A DNA stretch of 64,000 nt from positions 1,781 through 65,780 of the forward strand of contig JAEZHJ010000009.1 in NCBI GenBank assembly GCA_023436925.1, read 5' to 3'. Below the pieces are notes generated by a model. The model was not told the origin of the DNA, did no database searches, and saw nothing but the letters and a program-made list of their open reading frames with translations. This document shows, in pieces, positions 63,801 through 64,000 of this stretch. The number at the start of each line of letters is the position of its first letter. Positions within the stretch are counted from its first letter, which is position 1. Source of the stretch: Actinomycetes bacterium. GTDB lineage: Bacteria; Actinomycetota; Actinomycetes; Propionibacteriales; Propionibacteriaceae. The position numbers and the translations under genes were made by a program.

Positions 63801-64000
63801 TCGTCACCCAGGTCGAGTCGGGCTGGAACCGGCCGTTCAACGACGGCACCCTGCTCGGCTTCAACACCACGAAGAAGAACCAGTTCGCGCTCTACGCCAA
63901 GAAGACCAAGTTCCGCAAGATCCTGCTCTGCGGCACCAAGGCCTTCACCAGCTGCGCCCAGCCGCGGGAGTGGTTCCTGAACAACGATCCCGCCGACGGC
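27674..64000 (+). CDS. Giant secreted repetitive protein, 5' 12,109 codons (no stop in the window). It combines a signal peptide, a metzincin motif, a beta-helix-like region, 750-aa megarepeats, Ig-like modules and RTX-type Ca-binding repeats
   Basis: The frame with codon starts = 2 mod 3 has stops at 27470-27472 (TAG) and 27509-27511 (TAA). The only starts after that are TTG 27671 and ATG 27674, and there is no stop to base 64000. I translated it by eye and re-checked phase at 28565, 32750, 34970, 37226, 39482, 42362, 43502, 44342, 48779, 49382, 50282, 51422, 52022, 54422, 56042, 56882, 57356, 58082, 63062, 63602 and 63962. No track ORF in 27674-64000 is in this frame, as expected if the track requires an in-window stop. 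Third codon positions are almost all G/C. All long antisense ORFs are in the codon-aligned antisense frame and end at sense TCA/CTA codons (28778, 44381, 52850, 58169). Confidence 0.85.
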   Translation, partial: MTVHRGTGPDRAHLRPGRLRSATPLGILLSLSLIAGLLYGWSLPAAAAEPATGPQRPAAGSGSAPQEAGEQRVILLRAASEAGISQFDKDTAAAVIADLVAEQEALRQEQVRSQQAWARQVALARQANRVRRAQAEANAQLQKALEALAKALSTSQCKSVGGTNGEPASISCPLAEGGEGEVEVGTPGATPTPTPTPTPSATPTPDPQPGSDPGQPLLAPAVGTAASAPLSQDRLDAILAGVLAEWADRGADTSGITATVTDLSGERLGETTGRTILVDPVAGGWGWDRMDLASVLRHEVGHALGLGHSESGLMAPVLHPGHTLTVPDRLPVASAPISGTWALTGDDDAGSDEQTPQAGEPAPAAPSASPTPAPAAEQPAPAEQPSPTPKPTPATESSPAESAPAPEPSRTPQPTPGSSSDEESDPDEPAAPARWEPAGHTARLVIATGDQVGTLSYDASTDELVYRTDAVEVRTSAEGISRVLVAGTGATITIDLRGFPRDRDKVEVDVEGRHQRVHVVSHDEVEVSGPDTEPDQTTAHALLIRSLLAILRIVAPQFEARIEVVGSRIVVTGTIDLTETGADLDLTAGQVIVQDATVTTEGNVNLTAIATDQRSADALVALRDAAVFADEVQLTATANSPQAATAVVSVTGSDVTATGSVTLLADATVSGSGSHASSTAQASITDSTITTPGDLNVTARNNTLLIVDVAGDRAAGITQTTTARLAGRVQLAAARVALLADSTGRVRVVAGGSASATVATTTQAGLAADARVALTGGRLTATAVSRHSTEVSGGQLAIAITDARTAALLAARSALTGAGSLRLTADSSDTTHATSAGGAALVSSVAITTAGLAGGDALALAGDLTVTATGDAEAIGRGAGTALVLFDHRVLAELARSVTAGGALTATAGGRSVVSTEAAAGRWIQVPADALVAAGGLTGLPVAVPVPLTAQATASGTSQARVVIPSGLDLSAGAGAELRATLAGGSQASAGSGPADAAPAVAINDARFAAVLAADSAIATSGPLVTYSGRGPPVDGFTTTAPIFVDLTRFSTSAPPARPAGAVLVIAALGGTLTAPNATLSFAPGALRADAWVSITPRPATVSGLRLNSPVFDLLAFDAATGEAITTFAIAPRLTIAVPTSAAGSVIYYIDDEGVVHQQATSYDAAAGVLVADLPHFSNYAAGSPLDLLVGWIVDRLNGLTAPTSLDLLPGVTLADLTLTGDLAPGAGPHTGSASLTADLSLDLAGVTGSATVTATYQLVNQALDAGTLTVTVTGLVLSVGGVALAATSAAIGHSGTGLAITASGVSAEVAGSIALSDGSASLQLTAAGLAGSVAGTVALTLPGVSLRTGSLGLSIDTVAGRTAFTGSGITLDVLGQTITGNLSLTRGADRLELEVTAAGFSFADGSVRLTAGTAQLVVPDAGELSGSVTGELAIGVRGLTASGSFSAALAGGPSPTITITGADVRLGFDGLQLQAAGATFTRTSDGTTLAVTGASLALGTGDPFLALDGIILDAGLGLAGIVANATGTATVNLPGLVTGDLQVSLAIDTVTGRTGVILTIADTEADRLSLGGLGTLAGTLSLTSSQGETVVALSGVTLRITAGAQDGVVVTDAEGLLLVRAEGVAGYLSGTLSAGLAGAGISGAVAVRLNTIVGAAVDATVTRAGKPVTVRFPAAAAGVLEVSLSGASLTLGDFVTVEGSLSFTDGRFSGTGLSVFLGRGPAFLADGTRNPLAVGVLLTDATVGLVRVGTDGAYRYALVAAGTLTLVGIPGVTLTGTTSVRFNDTGADATIQLPDDVVDLVVPDGTVSFAISQAGLGFAGYQLTGDLAVTPAAEGFTLTVADARLDLAGGVVVRGIAGSLEVGAAGVAFDVTATLEIAALGLAGASVAVAVDSRAGAEVPLRLAVGAVTLSIAGQQLLVDTLTVGRDAVGTTTVAITGGRLQLGGLIEVTLSDGQLALTAGGIAGTLSADISAAAGGLDLGAHVVVQVNTHPADWGGLPGGPYVRVVARDATITAAGQVLSATVVLVRAGASAVDVSVSDARLSLGSADAGIDLTGGSGRLAYTADGIAGSLGGTVTVRIPGLSLTGTLRLSLDTAAGAIGFAGTGITATVLGHSLSGSVTIASSPTGLTVDVEQATLSLAGIVSLVDGRAALVLPTGGTLSGEVTGTVRLTAPGLTLAGTVSAELDAAATAPDPTLRIGGTDLTLGVAGVELTVGELWFSRDAAGAVRLSVAGAALALGPAGQPYLAATGGTATLAVTAAGVSGSLTAQASITVPGLFQTPSPVDVSVSIDTATGQVAVVVTNLVLSFAGLGQISGDLAFSQTTVGGITETVIAMRDVTATVAEGAASITDGTGVLVLRPGGVAGYLSGHAVIQAGPAAGEGSVLLQVNTILGSAIDTSVSLGGQPVAVKYPAAAETVFTLAITGGSLAIGDFVVIEGSVSFDGDRFGGTGLKVFLGNGPATLADGTPNPLAVGVLLSDATVGLLRVGSSYALVATGTVAILGVPGVSLTGTTSVRYNQTGADQNTTIALAGDLPDVVLDVADGTASFTVSAATLRFGGLALTGGLAFSRTGTTTVISVTDGAITLAGAATLSEVTGTLDLTAAGSTATLSAKLGIAALGLAGVTVGVAVDTRPDATIPLTLSLADLDLTIAGQRLSVGQFTLTSRRAGSDTTTAITLAGAGLSLGGGLVTAVIAEGSLELTAGGVAGTVVATVAPTLAGLSLTGGVQLQVNTNPTAALGLPAGPYLRIAVDDATLTVAGQSLRAGVLIVNTADALELTVTSAAASLAGGAITLRDGSGRLRFDADGIVGTVGGTTTVAIPGVAVTGALRLDLDTAAGTFAFTGTGLSLGIFGQTLAGDVTVTSTPTAVELSVERASFDFGGGLIRLVDGSAALRLPTGGALSGSIQGTVSLAVPGVSLAGSFVVEVDGAAVAPLPTLRIGVPADLGNSTPELSLTVAGVDLAVESLWFHRDAAGTIRLTITGAALALGPAAAPYLAISDGGADLVVTAAGVTGGFGATALLNLPGLIENGSVTVAVALDTARGSLSVLVTGVSVSIAGIAELSGDFAFARSATAGVVETVVALSRVTVAITGGDDLGAAISEATGLLVLRETGVAGYLSGRVSGEAGGITLSGTAAVSVNTITNTAIDTAVSLGGRTVQVRFDASPTAVFELSLAGASLRIGDFVSIEGSVTFNGDEFVGTGLSVFLGQGPARLDDGSLNPLAVGVLLTDATIALVRVGAGPDYTYALLATGTVSIIGVPGVTLTGTTSVRFNNTGADVTRTLAAAPGSGTDPVELAIADGTAVFAVTDAILGFAGYALTGSFGFSRTGSDTVLSVSGGGLALAGAVTVSALNGSIAMGAAGLTAVIGGRLSVPALGLSGAGVEVRVDTRSDAAVPLAITATDLTLAIAGQSLTAGRLSITRQAGAGGALATRVELTEARLAIGAGPQPLLSATVATGSLIITPAGLVGSLVASVSTSIPNLQLAGAVQLQVNTTSAAADGLPAGPYLRFSATGAVVAIAGQELRGDLVLVRSTGAGGPVIDLTVSRASLLLGGGMIRLSNGTGNLVLGSGSLSGVLSGTVSVDLPGVEITGTLRLGLDTAAGTIAFTGTGLGLVIAGQTLTGDLTIASSAGTLSVDVANASLDFGGGLVTLGQGSAHLVVVAGAGLSGTVSGQIGIAVPGVGLTSQVSVVLDPTADPVLRIGVEDTSLTLAGVDLHVESLWFSRAADGTIRLTVTGAALELGPAGTEYVKVTGGAATLTVTGAGVSGSLAATATINVPGFAAATAAVRVVVDTASGYLAVEVTGFSLDFGVGELSGDFAFTSSTTAQSSETVIALANVTAVVGSGGDAVSITDGSGLLVLRPGGVAGFLSGHADLDAGPVAASGTVLLQINTVLNTAIDTTVALGGRTLAVKFAASAQTVFEVTISEASLTIGDFVTIEGSVSFDGDRFAGTGLMVFLGRGPAKLGNGSLNPLAMGVLLSDARVGLIRVTGPAGTSYALVASGTVSIIGVPGVTITGTTAVRVNTTGGAVDTTVSIPGSTDPGIQLAFTGPEASFIVSDATLGFAGYALTGTFGFSMAGGDVKVTLTGAALDLGPALAVSDLDGFLVLSQAGLVADLAARLAIPALPLSVDAAVRVDTRAGATEPLRIEVTDLTLTLAGQQLQVGSLVVQQSVLAGATTTYLALAGVGLDLGAGAVRLVDGSGFLVLGAGVAGRLGGSIAVTIPGLVLQGSLGVTINTTAAPVTTSLLVGGRPTTLSLPGGPYLRVDGTGLVLDLLGQRLRADLSIEQATTLPAAGGAGEVVLKVALANVSLSLGGASPVATLTGGSALLVSRASGLAGRISGNLALTVPGVTLTGSLAVLVNTGTIAVTESFRVGDGEVLTLSVPAGGTSAAPATYLAIVGTGITLQVAGQSLQADLELELTGATTTLRLRNAALRLGGTPAAPLLTVSQVSGTTGTFTLDPTGLTGSLAVQLAFAVSGVSVSGSVAIGIDTRPGNERLAVFGDDLRFTVFGQTIAADFSFEQVTTATGARLVRVGIAQGRLFLGGSNPDGSDALVAVRDLTGLFLLTAAGVGGSISGRASLAVPGVEFAAAVSVSLNTTGQVIAQTLLVGGAELAVTVAAGPYLRVEASGVRLQVAGQSLRGNLLIEQVTTVATETTAARTVLRVGLTAVELRIGSGATTIAQVSDGTALLVLDGGGIAGRVTGAFALVGVPGITVAATVAVELNTTGVAVEDRFTIDGTTTDLRLGTAYFVATASQATISLGEGLELAADIVLTLPAAAGEFSVRIERGSISLAGGLVRAVDVNGELAIAAGRTTAALAAGIRVTVPGLAVTGDVQVSLDADAAVTEFSIEVTTAEISLGDGLLSVGAERVQISSFGAGATAEVRFAAEGITLQLADLVDVRPGHHWSAAIVVTAAGIAARFAGALSDDEGSFLSLPDGITVAGTVALLVNTAPTAMVRADLGLSVPAGPYLALSFSAGTIAVAGLSLNGNFQLTVAGDRTVIAFSDMDVSFGSSGDNAGLSVTGGRGVFVLLPATPGATPVDGGVAGSFSGKVSAAGGGFAADATLSARFNTSGQQLDESVTVNGATLRLVFDEDELAGADGAFFEFVVAASIRISDFVEIAGTFSFGSGTTPATITDVTVFVGDGPGFTSVDGATDRNPFARGLYITGASGQASADAFALRGTIELVGISGLTLAGTVQVLYNKGTTATTLMLGTESVAVAAGTATAPFLLVVGSAITVDIAGQRLTGAIGIEKTATRFRIAAGTAINEIDGTAATEDYDALRLTFGEGIASLAASGLIDLAATGVVAVLDGELVLDAGDAFALTSPASLQLNSTSAVATVGGVTLAPRSVVVQVGTADAPATLSLFGQSLSGVLLFSQVVGVAGGVATAPPVTSQLVITNLTLSIGSSTAGVRITDGTAFLSLGASVAGRIAGRVSLVGTPVTISGAVEVLVNTGSQKVTASVEVDGSSVGLEVPGGPYLKVVGTDITLAIAGQRISGDLAITQAANAVGSTLTVSLSRVSAGFGDGSTDLVRLVNGTGDLTLGDSGLIGSIAGTVQLALPGVEVSTGLRLEIGVNSLVLAASDLTVTVGGFALRGSVRISQLTVGLARTTRLEFTGTADLGDPIGAVSLGGDLTLTAAGIRGQLTLAADLTIGDVSITADPLRLEIDTATGLVAITGEGMSLSIAGVALAGSFAIRRVAAGGGATRTVVAVSGGSLTLTGTTPILRNINGLLVIVPPTTPGATTGAQAGGIAGQLSGTVDLSSLLPAEVGVSGGFALTVNRTGRRVTESVTIAGATTTLDLAAGPYLKVAGTAVTLNLMGQRLTGSVSFEQAGSTTRIVLQDVSLRLGDGVTDLVAISTVGINEFTLGATTGPTPTRYLFGRLAVQVALNVPGLSLGGERLWLDINTDTAAAHSLADGTPLAANLLRVGGTGIHLDVAGQRLSGTFWVEQTGPATARVTRVSVSDLFLFLGDPGADGLAGDSATAAAFADNRGVALADGSGALLLSAAGVAGVVAGTIVVGPGLDSSVLDIDPIEVKLELNTRPTAVEDGALGLSLPAGRFLRLQLGGTAPVGLRIAGQEFSGRFSFEQVTSAGPDGRLGTTDDVASVKIAATAVQLFLGDNGGTAGDQSDDIGLRVSDGTALLLLTPEGIAGRIAARATLSLGAGVAAVGADVEVTLNQLRRTVGATVRPVAVNESFVIGGTTTSLVLPAGVYVRAAITGLALELGGQRFTTDLRFEQAQLLNADGSLDPAGSTTTTISLDNLGLRLGTADRDIVVVSGGQGSLVIVGASGGVAGGIVGAVSARVAIDIPGATFHGAFQVLLNTRPAGTGAYLLTMGTPSTADDLAVSPGLAVSGTGIALEIAGQRLTGSFGFSRSAAGDIVVLVEDARLALGDGSRSFVTVEVSGALLVTSPRPGAAAGLAGELTAALTLSPELGTQLGIDLAADLPVVLQLNTTAAAVNRSFTVGALARTINVGANTLAVQVGLTGRPASLNLFGQTVSAVVRFEQATTPGGAKVVKVGFTDLSLFLGDDKGTPATGDDVGLRLTGGYGAILITPSGYAGEFLGTIALAGLPVTVDVSRLSLQVNTLAVAVSETVTFVDRNGAVTTRTMVLPKGQFLRIAGTGIVLGFTGTPLTLTGDVAFERVGSGADQVTRIGVANATLNPNGQAIDGTSPSGNLIALSGALFLFGAGAVTNPGGPGTADDVRTTTGGVAGVLTGRVQTGGGGANLGASLGFALNTTGAAVKQSVAVGAQTISVDLTAGQRFAFVARDVEFDLGDFIELRAGQIVLSGDSFSGTGLELFIGRGPSRLADGSDNPDAIGVLIRNASLTLVRDPGGTGYALRARGQFAFLGLDGLEVSATVDFLVNTASTTLDPGDLAAVAPLPASTDPIVANYFSFKAVNVSIAVAGVFVISGNLSLTRQPNGDLDLAFNPIGLLIKIEGTNIALLQGYASFTIAAATGLRLTSFKVGSFKLLPRDTDLPRSVSELTGAGNVAMFPTADLAGPYKGQVLRSGDPNYATNQLKVVFNDPNGVGLNVATITDAEAELQVLVNGQAVALAGGGGNPVRQGTSNVWIYTLAAPLPAGLVTVRFLPGSFADNAGATTMGEDEFFILWTPPAGAPTQTQPGPTAALASPANGGVITVAQINAQGYLDVTYTSLDGSPILKSSLDTTVPFRVSGTGVADLLVHTTAGNEGRPVIRATPLLVTGRADSATSVTYRYFLQDRNKQNAVGLFQTGTVQLVFDGEFYSSGNGTAPAGAPGNLRSPGQTQSFRIDPSAPGEQTSNGSVGLGPLSLQGPSIGLADFGFADGMVVLTIALGVDRASLDFSPSASQPGQASGSSPSVELLGVMGTFDLAVDVFGLLSGKFRVEPTGAWSLNVASLEALIPNVAELRATGIAIKYDPTAPRGQELVRINTAELTLPKFGITGSLRPYNPTTRANLDVDNDAALATGVVPGLIVRDNGFTLGTAELKYKPGTPSVGGAAPIGGGTGKINIFGILELDDIRVGVSGLAVNFDAANPVAGFTGEIYIATGGATLFPGKSFTARLTDRTTADDRRPDGSIDDEAFRIGLGFSGGAVTAFVLDVDTMEIVLGGYVTLTARDFALDTSAAGTDAELVSFATVGATVTIGDLRLSGEGRHFAVTGNGGFVTKSGFGVFLAVGSATGASFKWPSWLPIRIDAIGIEWDDIQQNPGDFVLTLSASVTGIQGLAGLNFSGSVQGIRIQPSLLLEGKFPVIGIDAFGVTASGSLFGGEINAGLIGGILRLDSDFSIIGTFDRTTPVAQRVLYLGLQGGFSIAGMAGFTIRLGLSELGPLQVFINVETPTGILLVPQIGLTLNDFAAGVEFFKTLPSLEDPFALRSSVADLPTAQTADSWLVSLQQQVAAQARAVAANPAIGGFLAAFTAPMVITGGARIYSLYTSEQLFNGQVTVKISTDGKMLIIGKLNFAANSVSLSGRLYVDLSKVAQGDATVLFLADIPDQVRLLTLYGKLKMGFRDSSGREVEFDVLDVPDPDATGTAPTTEVGGPVAGGGSADLSVVNGPDGERYIDVVFTAPSGATLNLAEILGEGQEFTAGYVRADGSIRPLTINGRPVPLIAVTTSSGLLFVPVQYDTTSSDRKKWRAFYQYSATPGGSLTTVEIVSGAQVDQTALLATATGLGYFTQQALRVAGVTRFRYTVTGGLTDNKWDIGTVRVSFAEGAIRNSDVMVNGVTTPGARSAARTVEFQITGVTAVVTNPGAGIDINLVNNRGWKTFLDVTFTAPEGRLLVLASLLDLAPEFTISGSGLGTAVLDATRAPTVLGEATATAASYTLRFWVTGAFAETGTVSVAPIAGSWSFASDATAELPSGTPAPSWQVGAGTTGILIRLAGLRTDSGAWQLASGLLLDPASFTIADLVDADPSTPGVQLYAVGDVRVTVDAGVAFTYLGDGVFSVGVVVTGLRSTEDDANPTVTIAPTVKPGAVSGASADDSAYAADRLEVKPFPVTGAAANPTSYLDIRFTPSIGRLLLDNSIDGDEFVITGPGAGSVQLTGTPFLLEGTTYRYLLTGRFSVGAVNLVFTLANFRDDSGRSPPAEATSTSTFSVIGATADAIWSDKALNGQIIGVDVLNGRRYLEITFRPAAGSTLDHSTINGDELVFTAPDGTVIILGSPVRVGTSDTYRYSFSATLAVGRYTLGFVSGSFADQAGTRNAAEVESFTLAAPTVVVTNPNNGAAGDAKDFGRRGYIDITFPTINGIAVDPDSILDAGAEFTVEAAGAVLKIVGAPTLLGNGTYRYWFTYTLTNETDPVTGAPGTIGAFSNWRFLPGSWTSLSGEQWTAEHGAPTDHTPATGVVWFDVRYTGIGGLDIEQLLAGGQLTLTGAGSEALTAGDIVQLDDNTFRYLYTGALTPGTLTLSIAAGSWSDQAGNAGTGTTSTFHLITRGSSFYIELLGGIILATAGLTEDPLLDLRARVILEIDPARKLFALSFDGQMSIIHLGTVGSTSGKFVLDLGDESTSVPQFWGVATIETNFSALEPYGIKMFAKGTLQINLTGEEKVETITLLGLGDGGGDVTRTFVLRPYSFGLELVGQLIVEAGGNELMRLQGGIWLSIEGTPTPSLQMYLTGELSFGSGSARLTYGAATGVLFIRTGGDHGYGVAGMFSISQGASLGLPTSPDFLITGKVQVMFNTTLHEQVLTIPASFLPLLRPGEPTTITVHASAPGLDGQPVTGAAGAVYVKATISATLIIKNLITLTGYIGLTVAVEPGPTTVGSIKIDGAVGGSIPFLGAVTGTVQLHAFISNDAGKSGFVGRIALTVGASSIPGVKFGGQFLLEINTFATEQTVETFKLETVDGVTRLAVNGDGSIATDDVTLASGVNLVMYGKLLVLDRIEISGSVAFTLGGDGLTLKVKGLMALHPIGSISVVALLSVDARGLVAYFKVARNADFGAGIGLSFGAGVSMTVSLNTTSNAVYFSQLGDAVPDPEAEPTLPEECDGPAAGCTAVARGFRLNVTGSIDLLGFASASGFVDITIGPNGFQLLFGLEFSLAGALTFKANGGATVTGDGFAMILDVSLRAGDGAIFEIEASGKLKLNTASVSLLGVAAKSFTLDVRGKVSILKIIDFDAALLISVEDGGWYLRANASMKFFGFANMSGRIELWSNGDFNIQLSGRLVIGSSSFGLVGQFNFGLTSRHYGDGFYKFELTMGASVDVRIFGITLLGAGISATFKVDTGSATESRVKIQLTVRVRIKILFISFTKSATFTIGYLQIPQPVWLGGSEDAPRHFEGGTLYLNTGDRAAHRNIGVEDEDESYTVEQIGTTAAGATIKLTAFGRTSTYTGVTAIVGNLGGGHDQLFVSPSVTVPLTIDAGAGDDLIVVEGTGSMNLAAGDGDDDVVITGGRTGTVTGGAGNDYLRHEGTGNVALDGGAGNDTLIAAAATGSIDAGAGDDYVEAQLGSGNLTIIGGEGADELRLRLTGGNDGLQVSGSGTDLRFAAADPVTGALLGASRTAAGFESVTVDAGAGSDAITVQDFTGATTTSLTLVLGGGGADRVTLAGTSGADGYTLDHAEHPDEDYGLELRVRKTGAFTLWLVGAVRAEGDTLAIDAGAGDDTLDASAMTVDSVALTLIGGDGDDTLVGSPFADILDSGAGNDKVTGGRGQDIFRDASGFDTLIETVWSAVGLYNNLLVMGSLASSGIDFAAGATIEDLAGIFEAARLTGSDGADTFLIGDADGFVAIGTTRRTAQGWSGTVEILPAGGDDTIRVELRGAGNAAITIRDSAGTDTLQVYGTSQREDVVVEARLILASAAVDGTTATIAFGQGDERGIDAVLIDTRDGSDRVAVRAIDVPHSIELGGGDDLLAIGSLAGSGATATQWPNPAGTLNGIAALLTISGGLTEVAEGVFQTGYDLVWISDASDTAGNTGVLTANLLTGLGLAQGISYQGFEALELRLGSGADELTIRSTHSGSTALDAGAGNDLIIIGTGSAALTGIAGAVSITAGAGTDELQLDATGSTADLIGRLTADAITGLGMPGSLSYRPEGAAAPETLRISLGSGNDQFAVASTSTASFVTGGPGADRVVVNPEPVEGTPNALAGRLGIDGQAGADVTVVHLWANGNSRVDVSDSDLAHTLVVYGTSAADTIVLRTNADGSRGLVALLSGRGNDGLFAAAEMVTYSSGIVGAADGYPAVDQGPTADPGDDSAGNTAPGVRLYTLGGDDLVAFDDTATAFLLDLGAGADLVRVGQIYKVRRAIDGQDPADPYRSDDEFGVRSGPTSGSFDSSRGLLSAGVRHDTTISGGDGNDIFELVHNIGRIWLYGDDGDDTFVVRSFVSAASVPYINLGGGNNVVQYAANAQVAIDGGEGNDTVVVVGTEGPDVFVVTATAIYGAGRVITFVAIEQIVLYGQEGDDEFRILSTPAGVGLSVFGGLGNDRIRIGGASDPVSVTFPATATTPQTTTTVTFTPTTLADIRGPVYVSGGFDPDPPYSIELDSYLPVLLPGETSGPPFPVETTTGQAVEVAQVDELVLDNSLNTTGQTGTVTAQDITGLLTGVVYTGFESLRVLLGSGDDRLVVAGTHHGTTEVDAGAGADVITVRTIDGHTRILAGAGNDTVEVGSTDRLLDLLAATLVVDGGSGTDRLLIDDSGDTGSNLGWLTGTTLTGLDMIARTALDTLGRPLDLLYSVLPLAGVAQYTITLARLGLATALGSVTVDVATTTAAQLAAALQDLLFPPAPGDDFGRATSCGVAGESPCAPSVYVWEFGTGFLIGFRGEVNDPAAVRTITLTATGAGFPIDGYRRTDGIAYTGFETLELGLGSGSDTLNIRGTGPVTGIDLGAGDDRVFVSSTADVRLGQAADFLTGTLDQLRGTLNLQLGSGGNTLLISDYDALTGDTDVLVTDRLAAARVRDAALAAEAEIAIVGLAPAGISYAATGGDFAGGIRLWTGYGDDRLVVDGTVRRAGQRTTTWLNTGLGNDHVTITLLAGQDGHLVLNTQGPDRTRPTAADDDTVEAGASTLPLVIFGGQGDDTITTGSGDDIVVADNGLVLWFAPNLLPDFTGLADGELTPAELAALIGTGIAGVAGFGGPGDFSLNTETLVGLVLAIRSGTPGDDAVSTGAGDDIVIGGEGADRIDAGGGDDVVIGDLGYLAQTLSGGTLRQRRTAVWGNTLGGDDELRGGDGDDLLIGGVGDDRIDGGAGADLILGDNARIEQSFSLTPTGWWPSFLRLTLLDHDNLAQSAKVRAWGHDTIAGGAGNDVIFGQLGDDVIQGDGSIDIPAHAYRDAAGHLVVTTSVLADTDGDDYIEGGGGNDVVFGNGGSDDIIGGSSALFSLTTMKSRPDGRDLLFGGAGTLTGRNDDTFDDGRDSDVLIGDNGYILRATPVAGVLAQLSGVGASVAALLGGRTMRVVVLLDYTDGGPDARSWLFPRITATQAATSGTALLDVWGADELHGESGDDALYGGGGNDVLYGGSGVDYLVGGWGHDWLSGGTGNDLLFGDEAWTSGMSVDATQPKTVRYSNDILYGGWDDDVLDGGFGDDALSGAEALETSYALSYRKSGKKWIVTQVESGWNRPFNDGTLLGFNTTKKNQFALYAKKTKFRKILLCGTKAFTSCAQPREWFLNNDPADG
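28226..28320 (+). repeat. Pro/Thr linker (TPTPTPTPTPSATPTPDPQP)
   Basis: Direct translation. It follows a Gln/Ala/Arg-rich predicted coiled coil at about 27974-28131 (EQEALRQEQVRSQQAWARQVALARQANRVRRAQAEANAQLQKALEALAKAL). Confidence 0.8.
28565..28621 (+). other. Metzincin/matrixin-type zinc-binding motif HEVGHALGLGH followed by SESGLMAP (Met-turn-like)
   Basis: Codons are cac gag gtc ggc cac gcg ctc ggg ctg gga cac (28565-28597), then agc gag tcc ggc ctg atg gcc ccc. This matches HExxHxxGxxH plus a downstream Met as in peptidase M10 (HExGHxLGLxHS....LMxP). Only about 90 aa of non-low-complexity sequence lie between the PT linker and the motif. Confidence 0.65.
28706..28975 (+). repeat. Pro/Ala/Glu/Ser-rich low-complexity linker
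   Basis: Translation reads DDDAGSDEQTPQAGEPAPAAPSASPTPAPAAEQPAPAEQPSPTPKPTPATESSPAESAPAPEPSRTPQPTPGSSSDEESDPDEPAAPA. Confidence 0.8.
29380..30740 (+). other. T/A/G/S/V-rich region with short irregular repeats, beta-helix/solenoid-like (approximate boundaries)
   Basis: Recurrent patterns are V(T/S)(L/A)TA..., e.g. GNVNLTAIATD, VQLTATANS, GSVTLLADATVSG, GDLNVTARNN, GSLRLTADSSD, GDLTVTATGDA. They resemble the passenger-type parallel beta-helices of adhesins. This is inference from composition only. Confidence 0.35.
32546..34765 (+). repeat. Megarepeat unit A (740 aa)
   Basis: Runs from VAGYLSG at 32546 to the next VAGYLSG at 34766. Confidence 0.8.
34766..37021 (+). repeat. Megarepeat unit B (752 aa)
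   Basis: Runs from VAGYLSG at 34766 to VAGYLSG at 37022. Its conserved core is about 75-80% identical at nucleotide level to units A/C/D by eye, less elsewhere. Confidence 0.8.
37022..39277 (+). repeat. Megarepeat unit C (752 aa)
   Basis: Runs from VAGYLSG at 37022 to VAGFLSG at 39278. Confidence 0.8.
40500..48300 (+). repeat. Degenerate modules (about 125-330 aa) sharing the core ...NT...(A/G)GPYL(R/K)...(A/G)GQxLxG...FEQ... (approximate boundaries)
   Basis: GPYL(R/K)-type and AGQxL motifs were read at about 40466, 40870, 41552, 42600, 43380, 44132, 45116, 45480, 45890, 46340, 46770, 47150 and 47560. The same core occurs once per megarepeat (about 33670, 35905, 38195). A diverged copy of the GDFV module lies at 43040-43320 and another at 48040-48300. 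Confidence 0.65.
48779..49440 (+). other. Two ~100-aa Ig-like/beta-sandwich modules
   Basis: LKVVFNDPNGVGLNVATITDAEAELQVLVNGQAV...VTVRFLPGSFADNAGA and GYLDVTYTSLDGSPI...SVTYRYFLQD...VQLVFDGEF. They share the signature of the array at 51780-54470. Confidence 0.5.
49560..51600 (+). other. Non-repetitive, compositionally distinct segment 1 (K/F/I/M/W-containing, beta-rich)
   Basis: Unique sequence, e.g. FKWPSWLPIRIDAIGIEWDDIQQNPGDFVLTLSASV, LYLGLQGGFSIAGMAGFTIRLGLSELGPLQVFINVETPTGILLVPQIGLTLNDFAAGVEFFKTLPSLEDPF, IYSLYTSEQLFNGQVTVKISTDGKMLIIGKLNF. I recognise no family. Confidence 0.5.
51780..54470 (+). repeat. Array of about 8 Ig-like modules (~100-115 aa each)
   Basis: The recurring signature is Y(L/I)D(I/V)xF(T)xP ... 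(T/S)(Y/F)RY ... G(S)(F/W)xDxAG(N/T). Examples: RYIDVVFTAP; TFLDVTFTAP..IAGSWSF; SYLDIRFTPS..TTYRYLLTG..LANFRDDSGR; RYLEITFRPA..DTYRYSFSA..VSGSFADQAGT; GYIDITFPT..GTYRYWFTY; VWFDVRYTG..NTFRYLYTG..AAGSWSDQAGN. Confidence 0.6.
54470..57000 (+). other. Non-repetitive, compositionally distinct segment 2 (K/F/I/M/W-containing, beta-rich, one CxxxxxxC pair)
   Basis: Examples: GSSFYIELLGGIILATAG, FALSFDGQMSIIHLGTVGSTSGKFVLDLG, YGIKMFAKGTLQINLTGEEKVETITLLGLG, ECDGPAAGC (56119-56145), WYLRANASMKFFGFANMSGRIELWSNGDFNIQLSG, VKIQLTVRVRIKILFISFTKSATFTIGYLQIP. I recognise no family. Confidence 0.5.
57180..63750 (+). repeat. Region dense in GxGxD / GGxGxDxUx (RTX, hemolysin-type) calcium-binding motifs, interleaved with ~250-370-aa modules
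   Basis: I counted more than 40 G-x-G-x-D motifs by eye, e.g. GGAGNDYL (57356), GGAGNDTLI (57413), GGDGDDTLVG, SGAGNDKVTGG, GGEGNDTVVV. True period-9 arrays include GGDGDDLLI GGVGDDRID GGAGADLIL GDN (about 62650-62740). A recurring module anchor is (I/V)xY.GFE.L.L.LGSG.D.L.I, seen as GISYQGFEALELRLGSGADELTI (~58950), GVVYTGFESLRVLLGSGDDRLVV (~60790) and GIAYTGFETLELGLGSGSDTLNI (~61535). Confidence 0.8.
63470..63610 (+). repeat. Canonical RTX block: five consecutive nonapeptides
   Basis: GESGDDALY GGGGNDVLY GGSGVDYLV GGWGHDWLS GGTGNDLLF GDE, translated directly from 63470 onward. Confidence 0.85.
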